This document shows, piece by piece, positions 1 to 9,515 of a DNA stretch of 64,000 nucleotides. This stretch comes from the human T2T-CHM13v2.0 reference genome, Homo sapiens: NCBI GenBank assembly GCA_009914755.4, contig CP068257.2, positions 25,408,001 to 25,472,000 of the forward strand. The letters run 5' to 3'. The notes below the pieces were generated by a model. That model saw only the letters and a list, made by a program, of their open reading frames with translations, was not told the origin of the DNA and ran no database searches. Made by a program: the position numbers and the translations under genes. How positions within the stretch are numbered: position 1 is the first letter of the stretch; every line of letters starts with the position of its first letter.

Positions 1-2220
1 AGTTGGATGTGGAGAGGAGCGCATCAACAGGCACCGATACACTGGCAGGCCACCGACCAGCAGAAGAACAATGCAGAGTTTGACTTGGGGCAGTAGGAGG
101 AGAGCCCAGTGCCATGTGGCACTGAGAAGAATGTATATACTGTTGATTTGGGGTAGACAGTTCTGTAGACATCTACTGGTTTCACTTGATCCAGTGCTGA
201 GTTCAAGTCCTGAATATCCTTGTTAATTTTCTGTCTGGGTGATCTGTCTAATACTGACAGTGGAGTGTTAAAGTCTCCCACTATTATTGTGTGGGAATCT
301 AAGTCTCTTTGTAGGTTTCTAAGAACTTGTTTTATGAACTGGGTGTCCTGAGATATCCTGAGATATCTTGTATTGTGTGCGTGTATATTCAGAATAGTTA
401 GCTCTTCTTGTTGAATTGTTCCCTTTACCATTATGTAATGCCCTTCTTTGTCTTTTTTGATCTTTGTTGGTTTAAAGTCTGTTTCTTCAGAGACCAAGAT
501 TGCAAGCCAAGCTTTTTTATTTGCTTTCCATTTGCTTGGTAAATTTTCCTCCATCCTTTTATTTTGAGCCTGTGTGTGTCATTGCACATAAGATGGGTCT
601 CCTGAATACAGCACACCGTGGGTCTTGACTCCTTATCCAATTTGCCAGGCTGTATCTTTTAATTGGGTCATTTAGCCCATTTACACTTAAGGTTAGTATT
701 GTTATGTGTGAGTTTGATCCTCTCATCATGATGCTATTTGGCTATTTTGCACACTAGTTGATGCAGTCTCTTCATAGTGTCATTGGTCTTTATATATTGA
801 TGTGTTTGTGAATGGCTGGTACTGGATTTTCCTTTCCACATTTAGTGCTTCTTTCAGAAGCCCTTGCAGGGCAGGCCTGGTGGTAATGAAATCCCACAGC
901 ATTTGCTTGTCTGGAAAGAATTTTATTTCTCCTTTGCTTATGAAGCTTAGTTTGGCTGGATATGAAGTTCTGGGCTGAAAATTCTTTTCTTTAAGAATTT
1001 TGAATATTGGTCCCCAATCTCTTTTGGCTTGTAGAGTTTCTGCTGAGAGGTCCACTGTTAGTCTGATGGGCTTCCCTTTGTAAGTGACCTGGCCTTTCTC
1101 TCTGGCTGTCCTTAATAGTTTGTCCTTCATTTCGACCTTGGAGAATCTGATGATTATGTGTCTTGCGGTTGACTTTCTCATGGAGTATCTTAATAGTGTT
1201 CTTTGTATTTCCTGAATTTGCATGTTGGCCTGTCTTGCTAGGCTAGGGAAGTTCTCCTGGATAATATCCTGAAGCGTGTTTTCCAGCTTGTTTCCATTCT
1301 CCTCATCTCCTTCTGGTACTCCAATCAATTGTAGGTTCAGTCTTTTCATTGAAGTCCCTTATTTCTGGGAGGCTTTATTCATTCCTTTTCATTCTTTTTC
1401 TTGTATGCATACCTTATTTCAGTAAGGTGGTCTTCAAACTCTGATATCCTCTCTTCTGCTTGGTTGATTCAGCTATTGATACTTGGGTATGTTTCAGGAA
1501 GTTCTTGTGCTGTGTTTTTCAGCTCCATCAGGTCATTTATGTTCCTCTGTAAACTGGCTATTCTAGTTAGCAATTCCTCTAACCTCTTATCAAGGTTCTT
1601 AGCTTCTTTGCATTGGGTTAGAACATGCTCCTTTAGCTCATCACAGTTTTTTATTACCCATCTTCTGAAGCCTACTTCTGACAGTTCATCCATCTGTTCT
1701 TCCATTCAGGCACCCTTGATGGAGAGATGTTGTGATCATTTGGAGTAGAAGAGGTCCTCTGGCCTTTTGAGTTCTCAGCATTTTTTTCTTTGATTCTTTC
1801 TTATCTTTGTGAGTTTGTCTAGCTTTGGTTTTGAGTCTACTGACCCATGGATGGGGTTTTTGTGGGGGCCTTTTGTTGTTGTTGATGCCATTGTTGCTGC
1901 TTTCTGCTTGTTTGTTTTTATTTCAATAGTCAGGTCCCTGATTTGTAGGGCTGCTGCAGTTTGCTGGGGATTTGCTTCAGGCCTTATTCATCTGATTCAC
2001 GTTCCCCATGTGGCTCTTAGGTGGGCCACCGCACCACACTGTTCTTCCTTCTCTTCATGGGTCATGCCAGACTTCTAGTCAATTTTGATGAGAGAAACTG
2101 GATACCTTGGTTGCCAGTGAAGGATTCACATGCATATTATGGTATTTTTCGATGGGAGTCTCTGAACACAGCTGCTTCTAGTCTGTCATCTTGGCCTCAC
2201 CAATATTGCTGATTTTCATT
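1..2220 (-). mobile_element. LINE-1 (older L1PA/L1PB-like) 5' portion on the minus strand: ORF2 endonuclease N-terminus (1-640), inter-ORF spacer, ORF1 (780-1705) and 5'UTR (1705-~2220). The element continues beyond the window start.
   Basis: Minus-strand ORFs 431-640 and 24-554 translate to the L1 ORF2 N-terminus (VCCIQETHL..RLKIKGWRKIYQANGKQ; GHYIMVKG..ELTILNI..DFNTPLS). ORFs 780-1349 and 1469-1705 translate to L1 ORF1p (coiled-coil region, LIGVPE..NTLQDIIQENFP..ARQAN.QIQEIQRT). Frameshifts and stops show it is inactive. Confidence 0.9.
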
Positions 2221-2317
2221 TAGCTGTAAAAATAACATCATTTCCTCTAATTTTAAGAAAGGACAATGGGGAAAAAGTATTTTGAATCTATCCCATGTGT
2301 TCCCATTATAAATGTTC

Positions 2318-3008
2318 TGATGGTTAATACCAAGTGTTAACTTGATTGGATTGAAGGATACAAAGTATTGATCCTGGGTGTGTCTTTGAGGGTGTTGCCA
2401 AAAGAGATTAACATTTGAGTCAGTGGGCTGGGGAAGGCAGATCCATCCTTAATCTGGTAGGCACAATCTAATCAGCCACCAACAAATATAAAAGCAGGCA
2501 GAAAAATGTGAAAAGGAGAGACTGGCCTAGCCTCCCAGCCTACATCTTTCTCCCATGCTGGATGCTTCCTGCCCTCGAACATAGGACTCCAGGTTCTTCA
2601 GTTTGGGACTTGGACTGGCTCTCCTTGCTCCTCAGATTGCAGACAGCCTACTGTGGGACCTTTTGCTCATGTAAGTTAATACTTAATAAACTCCCCTTTA
2701 TATATATATATACACACACATATATATACACACAGAGGCATATATACATATACACACATATATACATATACATATATACACACATATGCATATACATATA
2801 TACACACATATACATATACATATACACACACATATACATATACATCTACACACACACACATAGGATATATATATATATAGAACATATGTGTATATATAGG
2901 ATATATATATAGATATATATAACATATGTATATATAGGATATATATATAGATATATATAACATATGTATATGTAGGATATATATCCTATTCTATCCCTCT
3001 AGAGAACA
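2318..3008 (+). mobile_element. 5' LTR of an ERVL-class provirus (MaLR/ERVL-like LTR architecture) containing an expanded internal microsatellite.
   Basis: The same ~430-530 bp unit recurs at 8988-9515 and 27284-27710 (TGGTTAATACCAAGTGTCAACTTGATTGGA...CAGCCTACATCTTTCTCC..TGCTGGATGCTTCCTGCC...GCAGACAGCCTATTGTGGGACC..GTAAGTTAATACTTAATAAACTCCCC...CCTCTAGAGAACCCTGACTAATACA). It flanks a retroviral gag-pro-pol region. In this copy the terminal ~17 bp are displaced (see 3298-3366). Confidence 0.75.
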
Positions 3009-3043
3009 TATATATATATAATATATATATATATAATATATAT
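2700..3043. repeat. (TATATG)n/(TACACA)n/(TA)n compound microsatellite, ~340 bp, inside and just 3' of the 5' LTR.
   Basis: Visible runs of tatatacacacacatatata... and atatatatag. The supplied ORFs over 2508-2963 (YIYIYTH..) are low-complexity artefacts of this repeat. Confidence 0.95.
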
Positions 3044-3290
3044 ATGAAAAACAAACAAGGAAAAAGCAACAACAATGGCATCAACAACAACAAAAAGGCC
3101 CCCACAAAATCCCCATCCAAGGGTCAGCAGCCTCAAAGACCAAAACTGGACAAACTCACAAAGATGAGAAAGAATCAAAGAAAAAATGCTGAAAACCCAA
3201 AAGACCAGAGGGCCTCTTCTCCTCCAAATGGTCGCAACATCTCTCCATCAAGGGTGCAGAACTGAATGGAGGATCAGATGGATGAATACC
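3044..3290 (+). mobile_element. LINE-1 5' fragment (end of 5'UTR plus first ~35 codons of ORF1) embedded between the 5' LTR body and the displaced LTR terminus.
   Basis: ORF 3044-3265 translates to ..MRKNQRKNAENPKDQRASSPPNGRNISPSRVQNWMEDQMDE, which matches the L1 ORF1p N-terminus (MGKKQNRK..SSSPATEQSWMENDFDEL). The nucleotide sequence is ~88% identical to the reverse complement of 1750-1990 of the upstream L1, so it is an independent copy of similar age. Confidence 0.8.
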
Positions 3291-3297
3291 AAAATCT

Positions 3298-3366
3298 GTA
3301 TTTGTCAGGGTTCTCTAGAGGGATAGAACTAATAGGACACCCCTCTATAGAACCCTGACAAATACA
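3298..3366. repeat. Inverted copy (3298-3340) followed by a direct copy (3341-3366) of the terminal 25-40 bp of the ERVL LTR.
   Basis: gtatttgtcagggttctctagagggatagaactaatagga is the reverse complement of the LTR 3' end tcctattagttctatccctctagagaaccctgacaaatac. It is followed directly by ccctctatagaaccctgacaaatacag in direct orientation. Confidence 0.8.
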
Positions 3367-3369
3367 GAT

Positions 3370-3387
3370 CTTGGTCCCGGGAGGCAT
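3370..3387 (+). other. Possible degenerate primer-binding site (TGGTCCCGGGAGGCATTC) immediately 3' of the LTR terminus. It loosely resembles the complement of a tRNA-Leu 3' end as used by ERV-L.
   Basis: It starts with TGG a few nt after the ...ACAAATACAG LTR end. It matches about 10 of 16 positions of TGGTACCAGGAGTGGG, the tRNA-Leu(UAA) complement, which I recalled from memory and did not verify. Confidence 0.3.
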
Positions 3388-3399
3388 TCTAGACAAATA

Positions 3400-5060
3400 G
3401 AATATTAAAGATGGAGTTCTTTTGTTGGTTTTGGGGTTTCTGGAGTTGGCTGCTTGATATGATTAGAGCCCAAAATGCTAAGGACTCTACTTCTAACAGT
3501 ATGGAGAATACTGATAGTCATTGGCATGAACTATTTAGAGAGTTTTGCAAAATAAATGCATTTGTCACTCTTGATTCACTGCTTATGAGAGGTGAGGAGT
3601 TTAGTTACACAATACCTTTGATCATATGTGGAGAACCAAGGAACGTAATGAAGCTGGTTGGTTGCTCCTAAGTTCAGTGGACAAAGTGATAAAAGAAAAT
3701 GATGAACTCAAGGATTCTGTCTCCCAATTTCAGAAGCAGATACTGAGCCTCAAATCTACTAAGATTGCCCTGAGTATCTCCTGTAGAGAAAGAGTTCAAA
3801 CTGTGGAAAAACAGTCACAAGCTCTTATCATGCGAGTGGCTGACTTGCAAGGAAAAGTGCATGCGCAGCCTTGCCAGGTGTCTACTGTTAAAATGAGGGC
3901 ATTGATTAGAAGAGAATGGGACCTTGAAACTTGAAACATTCGTGAATGTGTAGGAGGACCCTGATGAAGCTGGGGACACTGAGTTTGTAAACTCTGATGA
4001 CCCTTTTCTATTTGCCAGAAGGAACAGCTTCCCCATCCCCAGTAGTGGCAATATCCACTCCCCTCCCCGACCCATGCTACCATCATCCTTTCCACCTTTG
4101 TCTGAGGAGGTAAACCCTGTGTTGCCTGAGGCAACAGTAATGGCCTCCCCTGAGGCAGTTGCCAGGCAAGATAATGTTGATTATCCTCAGGAGCCACCCC
4201 CAACACCCTTGTTTGCTTCTAGACCTATAACTAGACTAAAGTCCTGGCAGGCCCCTAGAGGTGAGGTTGAGAGTGTGACCAATGAGGAGGTGTGTGCTAT
4301 ACTCAAAAAGAACTGTTTATCTAATTTATATGAACAGAAATCAGGGGAACAGTTATGAGAATGGGTATTAAAGGCATGGGATAATAGCAGAAAGAACATA
4401 GAGTTGGATCAGGCTGAATTTATTGATTTTGGCCCTCTAGTTGGGACTCTGTTTTTAATTTTGCAGCTCAGGGAGTTAAGAAAAGGTTCTCAATAGTTTA
4501 TTTGCTTGGTAAGCTGAAATACGGATTAAAAGATGGCCCACTAGGAGTGAGCTGGAAATGCCTGATATCCCTTGGTTTAATGTCAAGGAAGGGACCCAAA
4601 GGCTTAGGAAGATTGGGATGGTGGAGTGGATTCGTCACTTTAGACTTACTCATCCCAGCTGGGAGGGTCCAGAAGACATACCCTTGACCAAGGCATTTAG
4701 AAATAGATTTATGAGGGCAGCACCTGCATCTTTGAAGAGGACTGTAATTGCTCTTCTCTGTATGTGAGATCTAACGGTGGGAACTGCAGTCACTCAACTA
4801 CAGAATGTAAATACAATGGGAATAATTGGATTCCGAGGTGGCAAGGGCCAAGTGACGGCACTCAGCCATCAAAGGAAGGTGCATGTGGCTACTGTAATGG
4901 ACAGCAGAGGCAAAGCAGTAATCAGAATAGTCTGACTTGTGTAGAGCTCTGGCATTGGCTAATTAATCACAGTGTTCCTGGAAGTGAAATTTATAGGAAG
5001 CCTACTGCATTCCTACTTAATTTATACAAGCAAAAAACTGCTAAGTGAAATTTACAAAAG
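3400..5060 (+). pseudogene. ERVL gag remnant (matrix/capsid/nucleocapsid-like), fragmented.
   Basis: A string of +strand ORFs (3411-3671, 3626-3934, 4074-4358 with a PPPTP proline-rich motif, 4558-4767, 4764-5048 with a degenerate Cys/His knuckle CGYCNGQQ..C) lies directly upstream of the protease. Assignment is by position and weak motifs only. Confidence 0.5.
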
Positions 5061-5190
5061 ACTAATTTGAATTATAAAAACAGTGTCATGGCTCCTCAGT
5101 CAATTTCCAGACTTGAGTCAGTTTACAGACCTAGAACCCCTTGAATGAAGGGGAGGCAGGGTTTCCTCTAAATTACTGACAATTTGTGCA

Positions 5191-5661
5191 GTGAATCTCT
5201 CTCCCATCCTTCCCTTCATAGACCTCTGGCCTTTTAGCAGGCTAAAGTGCACTGGGGAAAGGGAAATAGTCAGACACTTGGGGGTGCTACTGGACACTGG
5301 CTCAGAGCTGATGTTGATTCCAAGGGACCCAAAGCATCATTGTGGTTCTCCAGTTAGAGTAGGGGTTTATGGAAGTCAGGTAATTAATGGAGTTTTAGCT
5401 CAGGTCTGATGTACAGTACATCCAGTTGGTCCCTGGACTCATCCTCTGGTCATTTCTCCAGTGGCAGAATGCATAATTGGCATAGACATACTTAGCAGCT
5501 GGCAGAACCCCCACATTGGCTTCCTGACTGGTAAGGTGAGGGCTATCGTGGTAGGAAAGGCCAAATGGAAGCCATTAGAGCTGCCTCTACTTAGAAAAAT
5601 AGTACGTCAAAAACAACGTCACATTCATGAAGGGATTGTGAAGATTAGTGCCACCATCTAG
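5191..5661 (+). pseudogene. Retroviral aspartic protease remnant.
   Basis: ORF 5191-5409 contains the active site LLDTGSELMLIP (DTG at ~5293-5301). ORF 5461-5661 contains the C-terminal GIDIL..flap-like region. Confidence 0.85.
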
Positions 5662-6790
5662 GACTTCGAAGATTCGGGGGTGGTGATTTCCACCACATCC
5701 ACATTCGACTCTCCCAATTGGCCTGTGCAGAAGACAGATGGATTTTGGAGAATAACAGTGGATTATTGTAAGCTTAACCAAGTGGTCACTCAAATTGCAG
5801 CTGCTGTACCAGATGTAGTTTCATTGCTTGAGCAAATTAACACATCTCCTGGTACCTGGTATGCAGCCTTTGACTTGGAAAATGCCTTTTTTCTCCATTC
5901 CTGTCCATAAGGCCCACCAGAAGCAATTTGCCTTCAGCTGGTAAGGCCAGCAATATACCTTTACTACCTCAGTGGTATATCAACTCTCCAGCTTTATTCA
6001 GAGAGACCTTGATTGCTTTTAGCTTCCACAAAGATATCACACTGGTCCATTAAATTGATGACATTATGCTGACTGAATCCAGTGAATAAGAAGAAGTAGC
6101 AAACAAATTGGACTTATTGGTGAGACATTTGCATGCCAGAGGACAGGAAATAAATCCAACTAAAATTCAGGGAACTTCTACCTCAGTAAAATTTCTAGGG
6201 GTCCAGTGGTGTGGGGCTTGTTGAGATATTCCTTCTAAGGTGAAGGATAAGTTGCTACTTTTGGTCCCTCCTACAACCAAGAAAGAGGCACAACACCTAG
6301 TGGGCCTATTTGGATTTTGGAGGCAACACATTCTTCATTTGGGTGTGTTACTCTGGCCCATTTATTGAGTGACCCAAAAGGCTGCCAGTTTTGAGTGGGG
6401 TCCAGAACAGGAGAAAGCTCTGCAGCAGGTCCAGGCTGCTGTGCAAGCTGCTCTTCCACTTGGGCCATATGACCCAGCAGATCCAATGTTGCTTAAGGCT
6501 TCAGTGGCAGATAAGGACGCTATTTGAACATTTGGCAGGCCCCCATAGGTGAATCACAGAGGAGGCCTCAAGGATTTTGGGGCAAGTCCCTGCCATCTTC
6601 TGCAGATAACTACTCTCCTTTTGAGAGACAGCTCTTGGCCTGTTACTGGGCTTTGGTGGAAACTGAATGTTTGACTATGAGTCATCAAGTTACCATGCAA
6701 CCTGAACTGCCTATCATGAACTGGGTGCTTTCTGACCCATCTAGCCATAAAGTGGGTCATGGGCAGTAGCATCCCATCATCAAATGGAAG
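5662..6790 (+). pseudogene. Reverse transcriptase remnant. The YxDD box is destroyed by a stop codon.
   Basis: 5680-5910: [47 protein letters not shown]. At ~6049-6062 the sequence ctggtccattaaattgatgac encodes LVH*IDD, where the Tyr of YIDD is replaced by TAA. 6524-6769: WQAPIGESQRRPQGFW..YSPFERQLLACYWALVETE (connection region). Confidence 0.9.
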
Positions 6791-6954
6791 TGGCCTATAC
6801 GTGATCGGGCTCGAGCAAGTCCTGAAGGCACAAGTAAGTTATATAAGGAAGTGGCTCAAATGCCCATGGTCTCCACTCCTGCCACCCTGCCTTCTCTCCC
6901 CCAGCCTGCACTGATGGCCTCATGGAGAGTTCCCTAAGATCAGTTGACAGAGGA

Positions 6955-7330
6955 AGAGAAGACTAGGGCCTGGTTCACAGATAGTTCTGCTTGACATGCA
7001 GGCACCACCCAAAAGTAGACAGCTGCGGCACTATATCCCCCTTCTAGGACATCCCTGAAGGACAGCAGTGAAGGGAAATCATCCCAGTGGTCAGAACTTC
7101 AAGCAGTGCATTTGGCTGCTGTGCACTTTGCACAGAAGGAGAAATGTCCAGATGTGTGATTATATGGTGATTCTTGGGCTGTAGTCAATGGTTTGTCTGG
7201 ATGGTCAGGAACTTGCAAGAAGGATGGTTGAAGATTGTTGACAAATTTGGGAAAGAGGTATGTGGATGGACTTTTTTGAGTGGTCAGAAACCATGAAGAT
7301 ATTTGTATCCCATGTGAGTGCTCACCAACA
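6955..7330 (+). pseudogene. RNase H remnant.
   Basis: Translation shows AWFTDSSA..., ..SQWSELQAVHLA.., LYGDSWAVVNGL, ..HVSAHQ, with internal stops. Confidence 0.7.
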
Positions 7331-8010
7331 GGTGACCTCAGCAGAGGAGGTTTTAAACAATCAAGTGGATACGATGACTCGTTCTGTGGACACCACTAAG
7401 CCTCCTTCCCCAGCCACCCCTGTCATTGCCCAGTGGGCCCATGAACAAAGTTGCCATGGTGGCAGGGATGAGGTTACTCATGGGCTCAGCAATATGGACT
7501 TCCAGTCACCAAGGCTGACCTGGCTATGGCCACTGCTGAGTGCCCAGTTTGCCAGCAGCAGAGACCAACACTGAGCCCTTGATATGGCACCATTCCTGAA
7601 GATGATCAGCCAGCTACCTGGTGGCAGGTGGATTATATTGGACGTCTTCCATCATGGAAAGGGCAGAGGTTGGTCATCACTGGAATAGAAACTTACTCTG
7701 GATATGGGTTTGCCTATCCTGCATGCAATGCTTCTGCCAAGACTACCATCCATGGACTCATGGAATGCCTTATCCACTGTCACAGTATTCCACACAGCAT
7801 TGCCTCTGACCAAGGCACTCACTTTACAGCTAAAGAAGTGTGGCAGTGGGCTCATGCTCATGGAATTCACTGGTTTTACCATGTTCCCCATCATCCTGAA
7901 GCAGCTGGATTGATAGGACAGTGGAATGGCTTTTTGAAGTCATAGTTACAACGCCAACTAGGTAACAATACTTTGCAGGGCTGGGGTAAAGTTCTCCAGA
8001 ATACCATATA
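7330..8010 (+). pseudogene. Integrase remnant (HHCC zinc-binding region plus D,D-35-E catalytic core).
   Basis: 7260-7574: AQWAHEQSCHGG ... AECPVCQQQ. 7628-7945: VDYIG..SWKGQR..TGIETYSGYGF..SDQGTHFTAKEV..HVPHHPEAAGLIGQWN. Confidence 0.85.
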
Positions 8011-8022
8011 TGCTCTGAGTCA

Positions 8023-8358
8023 GTGTCCAACGTATCATACTATCAAACTGTTTCTCCCCTAGCCAGGATTCACAAGTCCAGGCATCAAAAGGTGGAAGTG
8101 GAAGTGGCACCACTCACCATCACCCCTACTGGTCCGCTAGCAAAATGTTTGCTTCCTGTTCCTGTGACGTTACATTATGCTGGCCCAGAGGTCTTTGTTC
8201 CAGAGGGAGGAACACTGCCACCAGGAGACACAACAAGGATTCCATTAAATTGGAAGTTAAGATTGCCACCTGGACACTTTGGGCTTCTCCTATCTTCAAG
8301 TCAACAGGCCAAGATGAGAGTTACAGTGTTGGCTGGGGTGACTGACCCAGAGTATTAA
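8023..8358 (+). pseudogene. dUTPase domain remnant (111-aa open frame) downstream of the integrase.
   Basis: GGTLPPGDTTRIPLNWKLRLPPGHFGLLL.SSQQAKMRVTVLAGVTDPEY corresponds to dUTPase motifs 2-3 (GHxGLI..; GVID.DY). Confidence 0.75.
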
Positions 8359-8987
8359 GATGAAATCAGTCTACTACTCCACAACAGAGATAAGGAAGAC
8401 TATGCATGGGACACAGGAGATTCATTAGGGTGTCCCTTAGTATTACCATGTCCTGTGATTAAGGTTAATGAGAAACTACAACAGCCCAATCCAGGCAGTA
8501 CTACAAATGGCCCAGATCCCTCAGGAATAAAGGTTTGAGTCACTCCACCTGGTGAAAAACCACAACCTGCTCAGGTGCTTGCTGAAGGCAAAGGGAATAC
8601 AGAATGGGAAGTAGAAGAAGGTAGTCATCAATACCAGCTATGACCACGTGACCAGCTGAGAAATGGGGCCTTTAATTGTTATGAGTATTTCCTCCTCCTT
8701 TTGCTAAAAATATGTTTGTGCATGTATACACTTGTACTAAGAAAATATCTTTATTTTTTTCTTTTCTTTTATCATGTGATATGAGATCCATTGACTTCAT
8801 ATCAGCCTTTAAATATTGTTAAGTTTATGTAATAGCATTTGAGTTGGGGATTGGTGTGTTTCCGGCTGTACAAAGGATAGTTGTATTATGTTAGGCATAA
8901 TTATGACCTTATTGTTGTCTTCATTTGAAGATTATGTATGATCTCAGGAGATGTGTATGGGTTCAAGTTTACAAGGGGTGGACTTGT

Positions 8988-9515
8988 GATGGCTAATACC
9001 GAGTGTCAACTTGATTAGATTGGAGGCTACAAAGTATTCATCTTGGGTGTGTCTGTGAGGATGTTGATAAAAGAGACTAACATTTGAGTCAGTGGGCTGG
9101 GAAAGGCAGATCCACCCTTAGTGTGGTGGGCACAATCTAATCAGCTGCCATCAAACACAAAAGCAGGCAGAAAAACATGAAAAGGAGAGACTGACCTAGC
9201 CTCCTAGCCTATGTCTTTCTCCTGTGCTGGATGCTTCCTGCTGTCAAACACAGGACTCCAAATTCCTGTTTGGGGACTTGGACTGTTTCTCTTTGCTCCT
9301 CAGCTTGCAGACAGCCTATTGTAGGACCTTGTGATTGCGTAAGTTAATATTTAATAAATTCCCCTATATATATGTATACATATATATGCATATAGTGTAT
9401 ATATACACATATATATGTGTATATATACACAAATATATATATGTGTGTGTGTGTGTATATTTTTATATATATACATTTCGTATTAGTTCTGTTCCTCTAG
9501 AGAACCCTGACTAAT
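8988..9515 (+). mobile_element. 3' LTR of the ERVL provirus, with a moderate (TA/TG)n microsatellite at 9365-9480.
   Basis: Collinear with the 5' LTR and the solo LTR at 27284. It ends ...CCTCTAGAGAACCCTGACTAATACA. A purine-rich AAGGGGTGG (PPT-like) lies just upstream at ~8972-8980. Confidence 0.8.

Larger units (their letters stand above)
3367..8987 (+). mobile_element. Internal region of an ERVL-class (HERV-L-like, class III) endogenous retrovirus: gag - protease - RT - RNase H - integrase - dUTPase. There is no env. All reading frames are disrupted.
   Basis: Ordered retroviral domains occur across three frames (see the individual pseudogene features). A dUTPase placed after the integrase is the hallmark of ERV-L. 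The region is flanked by matching LTRs at 2318-3008 and 8988-9515. Confidence 0.8.

Noticed and set aside
2508-2963. Four ORFs (65-134 aa) over 2508-2963 ([11 protein letters not shown].., VYMYMYMCV.., CICICVC..)
   Set aside because: They are pure translation of the (TATATG/TACACA)n microsatellite inside the LTR.
8023-8358. The intact 111-aa dUTPase-domain ORF as a possibly functional, domesticated gene
   Set aside because: It lacks its own start context and promoter. It is a sub-fragment of the pol polyprotein with stops immediately upstream (the preceding frame ends at ~7945-8020), and it lacks dUTPase motif 1 and motifs 4-5 in frame. It is most simply a surviving fragment of a dead provirus.
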